In this document: positions 61,986-64,000 of the stretch, piece by piece
Numbering within the stretch: position 1 is the first letter of the stretch
How the letters are laid out: each line of letters begins with the position of its first letter
DNA from: Chiloscyllium plagiosum
Lineage: Eukaryota
NCBI RefSeq assembly: GCF_004010195.1
Contig: NC_057734.1
Coordinates: forward strand, 43,198,957-43,262,956
DNA: 64,000 nucleotides
Direction of reading: 5' to 3'
Made by a program: the position numbers and the translations under genes
Notes under the pieces: generated by a model
Database searches by the model: none
The model's input: only the letters and a program-made list of their open reading frames with translations
What the model was told of the DNA's origin: nothing

Positions 61986-62405
61986 TTTATTTTCAAAGTT
62001 TGAATTTCAGCTTTTAACAACCTGCAGATTTCTAACCAAACACTCCTGGTTGGAAAGTTTTGCAAGCTAAATTTTGCTACTCAAGTAACTGTGCTTTCCC
62101 TGAGTTGTTCTATCTGTCTTTTTTGGGGAGATATTTTGTTGCTTCTGATCCCAGTCCTCTGAACTGTTTGAACAATTTTTAATCTCTGGGTTTTCTGAAC
62201 TAAAATCCACCCTTGATCATCCTGAATCAAAAACAAGCGAATGACCTTCAAAGTTTTTCCCGCCTGTTGTAAACTTTTCACAGTCAAAACAATCTTCCAT
62301 TAACACTTCAGGGGCTCCCTGCTCTCTAACACATACTGGATTAAGTCACTGTCTCGGAGAACTGTCTGACCTAGTGATGTTTTTTTTAAAAGGCTTTCAC
62401 AAAAG

Positions 62406-62501
62406 CCTCATTCCTGAAGAAGGGCTTGTGCCCGAAACGTCGATTCTCCTGTTCCCTGGATGCTGCCTGACCTGCTGCGCTTTTCCAGCAACATATTTTC
62501 A
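62406..62501 (+). mobile_element. Minimal hammerhead-bearing PLE insertion (96 bp)
   Basis: CTGAAGA-A-GGGC-TTGT-GCCC-GAAACGTC at 62414-62441; 13-bp TSD GCTTTCACAAAAG at 62393 and 62502. Confidence 0.85.
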
Positions 62502-62528
62502 GCTTTCACAAAAGTAGCCCACCCATCT

Positions 62529-62868
62529 GCAGCACGGTGGCTCAGTGGTTAATACTGCTGCCTCACAGCGCCAGGGACCCAGGTTCGATTCCATCCTCGA
62601 GCGACTGTCTGTGTGGGGTTTGCGTTCTCCCCGTGTCTGCGTGGATTCTGCGGAGTACTCCAGTTTCCTTTCACAGTCCAAAGGTGTGCAGATTAGGTAA
62701 AATGACCATGCTAAATTACCCATAGTGTTCACAGATATGTAGGTTCGATGCATTAACCATGGGAAATGCAGGGATTGGACAGGGAATAGATCTGGGTGGG
62801 ATACTCTTCGGAAGGTTGGTGTGGACTTGTTGGGCCGAATGGCCTGTTTCCAAACTGGGGGGACTCTA
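62529..62868 (+). mobile_element. HE1-like tRNA-derived V-SINE
   Basis: GCAGCACGGTGGCTCAGTGGTTAATACTGCTGCCTCACAGCGCCAGGGACCCAGGTTCGATTCC head and GGGCCGAATGGCCTGTTTCC tail. Confidence 0.87.
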
Positions 62869-64000
62869 TTAAAAAAATCTGAATCCAAACAAAATGTTAC
62901 ATTGGTAGATTTTCATGATTAAACATGGAAGCAGTATCCAGTGGAGCATAGAGTCTGACATGGATTGACTGGTTTGCATGGTATATTTCTGTGATGTATG
63001 TACTTGCTAATCCTCTGTTATTAGATAACAGCATAGAATTTACAGCGTAGAAATAGACCGTTCAGTCCAACTGTGTGGTATTTGACTTCCATGCCTCCTC
63101 CCAACTTACTTCATCTTAACCAGTCAGCATATACTGTTCCTTTCTCCCTCACATACGTATCTAGCTTCTCCTTAAATTTATCTACTTTAGTTGATTTAGT
63201 GCTTCCATGATTCTGTTAGCCTGAAGCGGTTATTCGGATTTGTGGAACTGATGACATTTACTGCATGTCCTTTGCAGCCAGTGTTTCCATAATACTGATG
63301 GTTCGGAGGAGAAAGAGGTGAAAAACACAAATGAGAATGGTCGTCCTGGAGGAAATTTTGATTAGGTCTACAAAAAGAAAGTAACAGAGGAGAAGCATCA
63401 GCAGGGTTTTGGCAAAGGGCCTGGCTGATTTCAGGGAGTAGAAAATAAGGAATACACAAAGGATCAGAAAGCATGATAACCCCTTGATTGGAGACAAAGA
63501 AGTCTCTGCCCTCCTTTCCCCGTGTCCCCTTATACCGTTGCTCATCATCTCCCTGCTCCTCTGCTTCTTTTGCCACTCCTCACCCTTCTCCTGCTTCCCT
63601 CCTTCCTAGCTCCCACACCCTACGCCCCTGCCCTCTCTACTGCTGGCCAGGTTTCTTCATGGGATGGGGAAATGAGCATTCCACCTTCTGCAGGCAATGC
63701 ACTCTGGGTTTCAATTGAAAGGGATTATGACCCGCTGATTCAAATCAAACAGATACTAAATTCACAGCCTCCCAGAGAGGGGGCACTAGGTGGCTAGTGT
63801 GAAGAGTGGAAATGCGGCATTTGGACAAACAGGGTATCTCTGTTCTGAGATTAGGGTTAAGGCACACATACTCTGAAATCAAGTTCTCCAATTATTATTA
63901 AGTTCTGTGACATGAAATAGAAATTCCTGTTACATATGTTAATTTAAGCAATTATTATTTTAAAATAATACCTAAAGAAATTTTATAAAAATACATTTGT

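Noticed and set aside
63770-63797. CTCF-like motifs (AGAGGGGGCAC; GCACTAGGTGGC)
   Set aside because: Several mismatches to the core consensus; cannot be supported without ChIP or conservation data.

Overview
Eukaryotic (vertebrate) genomic DNA, almost certainly from a shark or other cartilaginous fish, judged from HE1-type tRNA SINEs, HER1/CR1 LINEs and DeuSINE-like relics. It holds the first coding exon of OSBP2 (minus strand, 4435-4697) and a complete three-coding-exon MZT2 (MOZART2) gene on the plus strand: 20657-20838, 25101-25249 and 47029-47210, splicing to 170 aa, with a CpG-island promoter near 17.5-17.8 kb. A third CpG island near 55.6-55.9 kb carries a probable first exon (ATG CC|GTGAGC) of a gene I cannot identify. 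Most of the rest is transposon debris: CR1 LINEs, V-SINEs, a Gypsy remnant, a solo LTR, nested Tc1/pogo-type MITEs and many Penelope-like elements (PLEs). The most striking patterns are (i) more than a dozen PLE-derived minimal hammerhead-ribozyme cores from several families, often inside short TSD-flanked fold-back palindromes; (ii) a 46-bp minisatellite containing a perfect nuclear-receptor DR1 site, next to the orphan first exon; (iii) a CR1 inserted into the MZT2 3' splice site; (iv) a 43-bp locally templated insertion; and (v) a triple-nested MITE/MITE/Penelope. I see no prokaryotic-type system. All calls are by eye, without database searches, and TE boundaries lacking a TSD are approximate.
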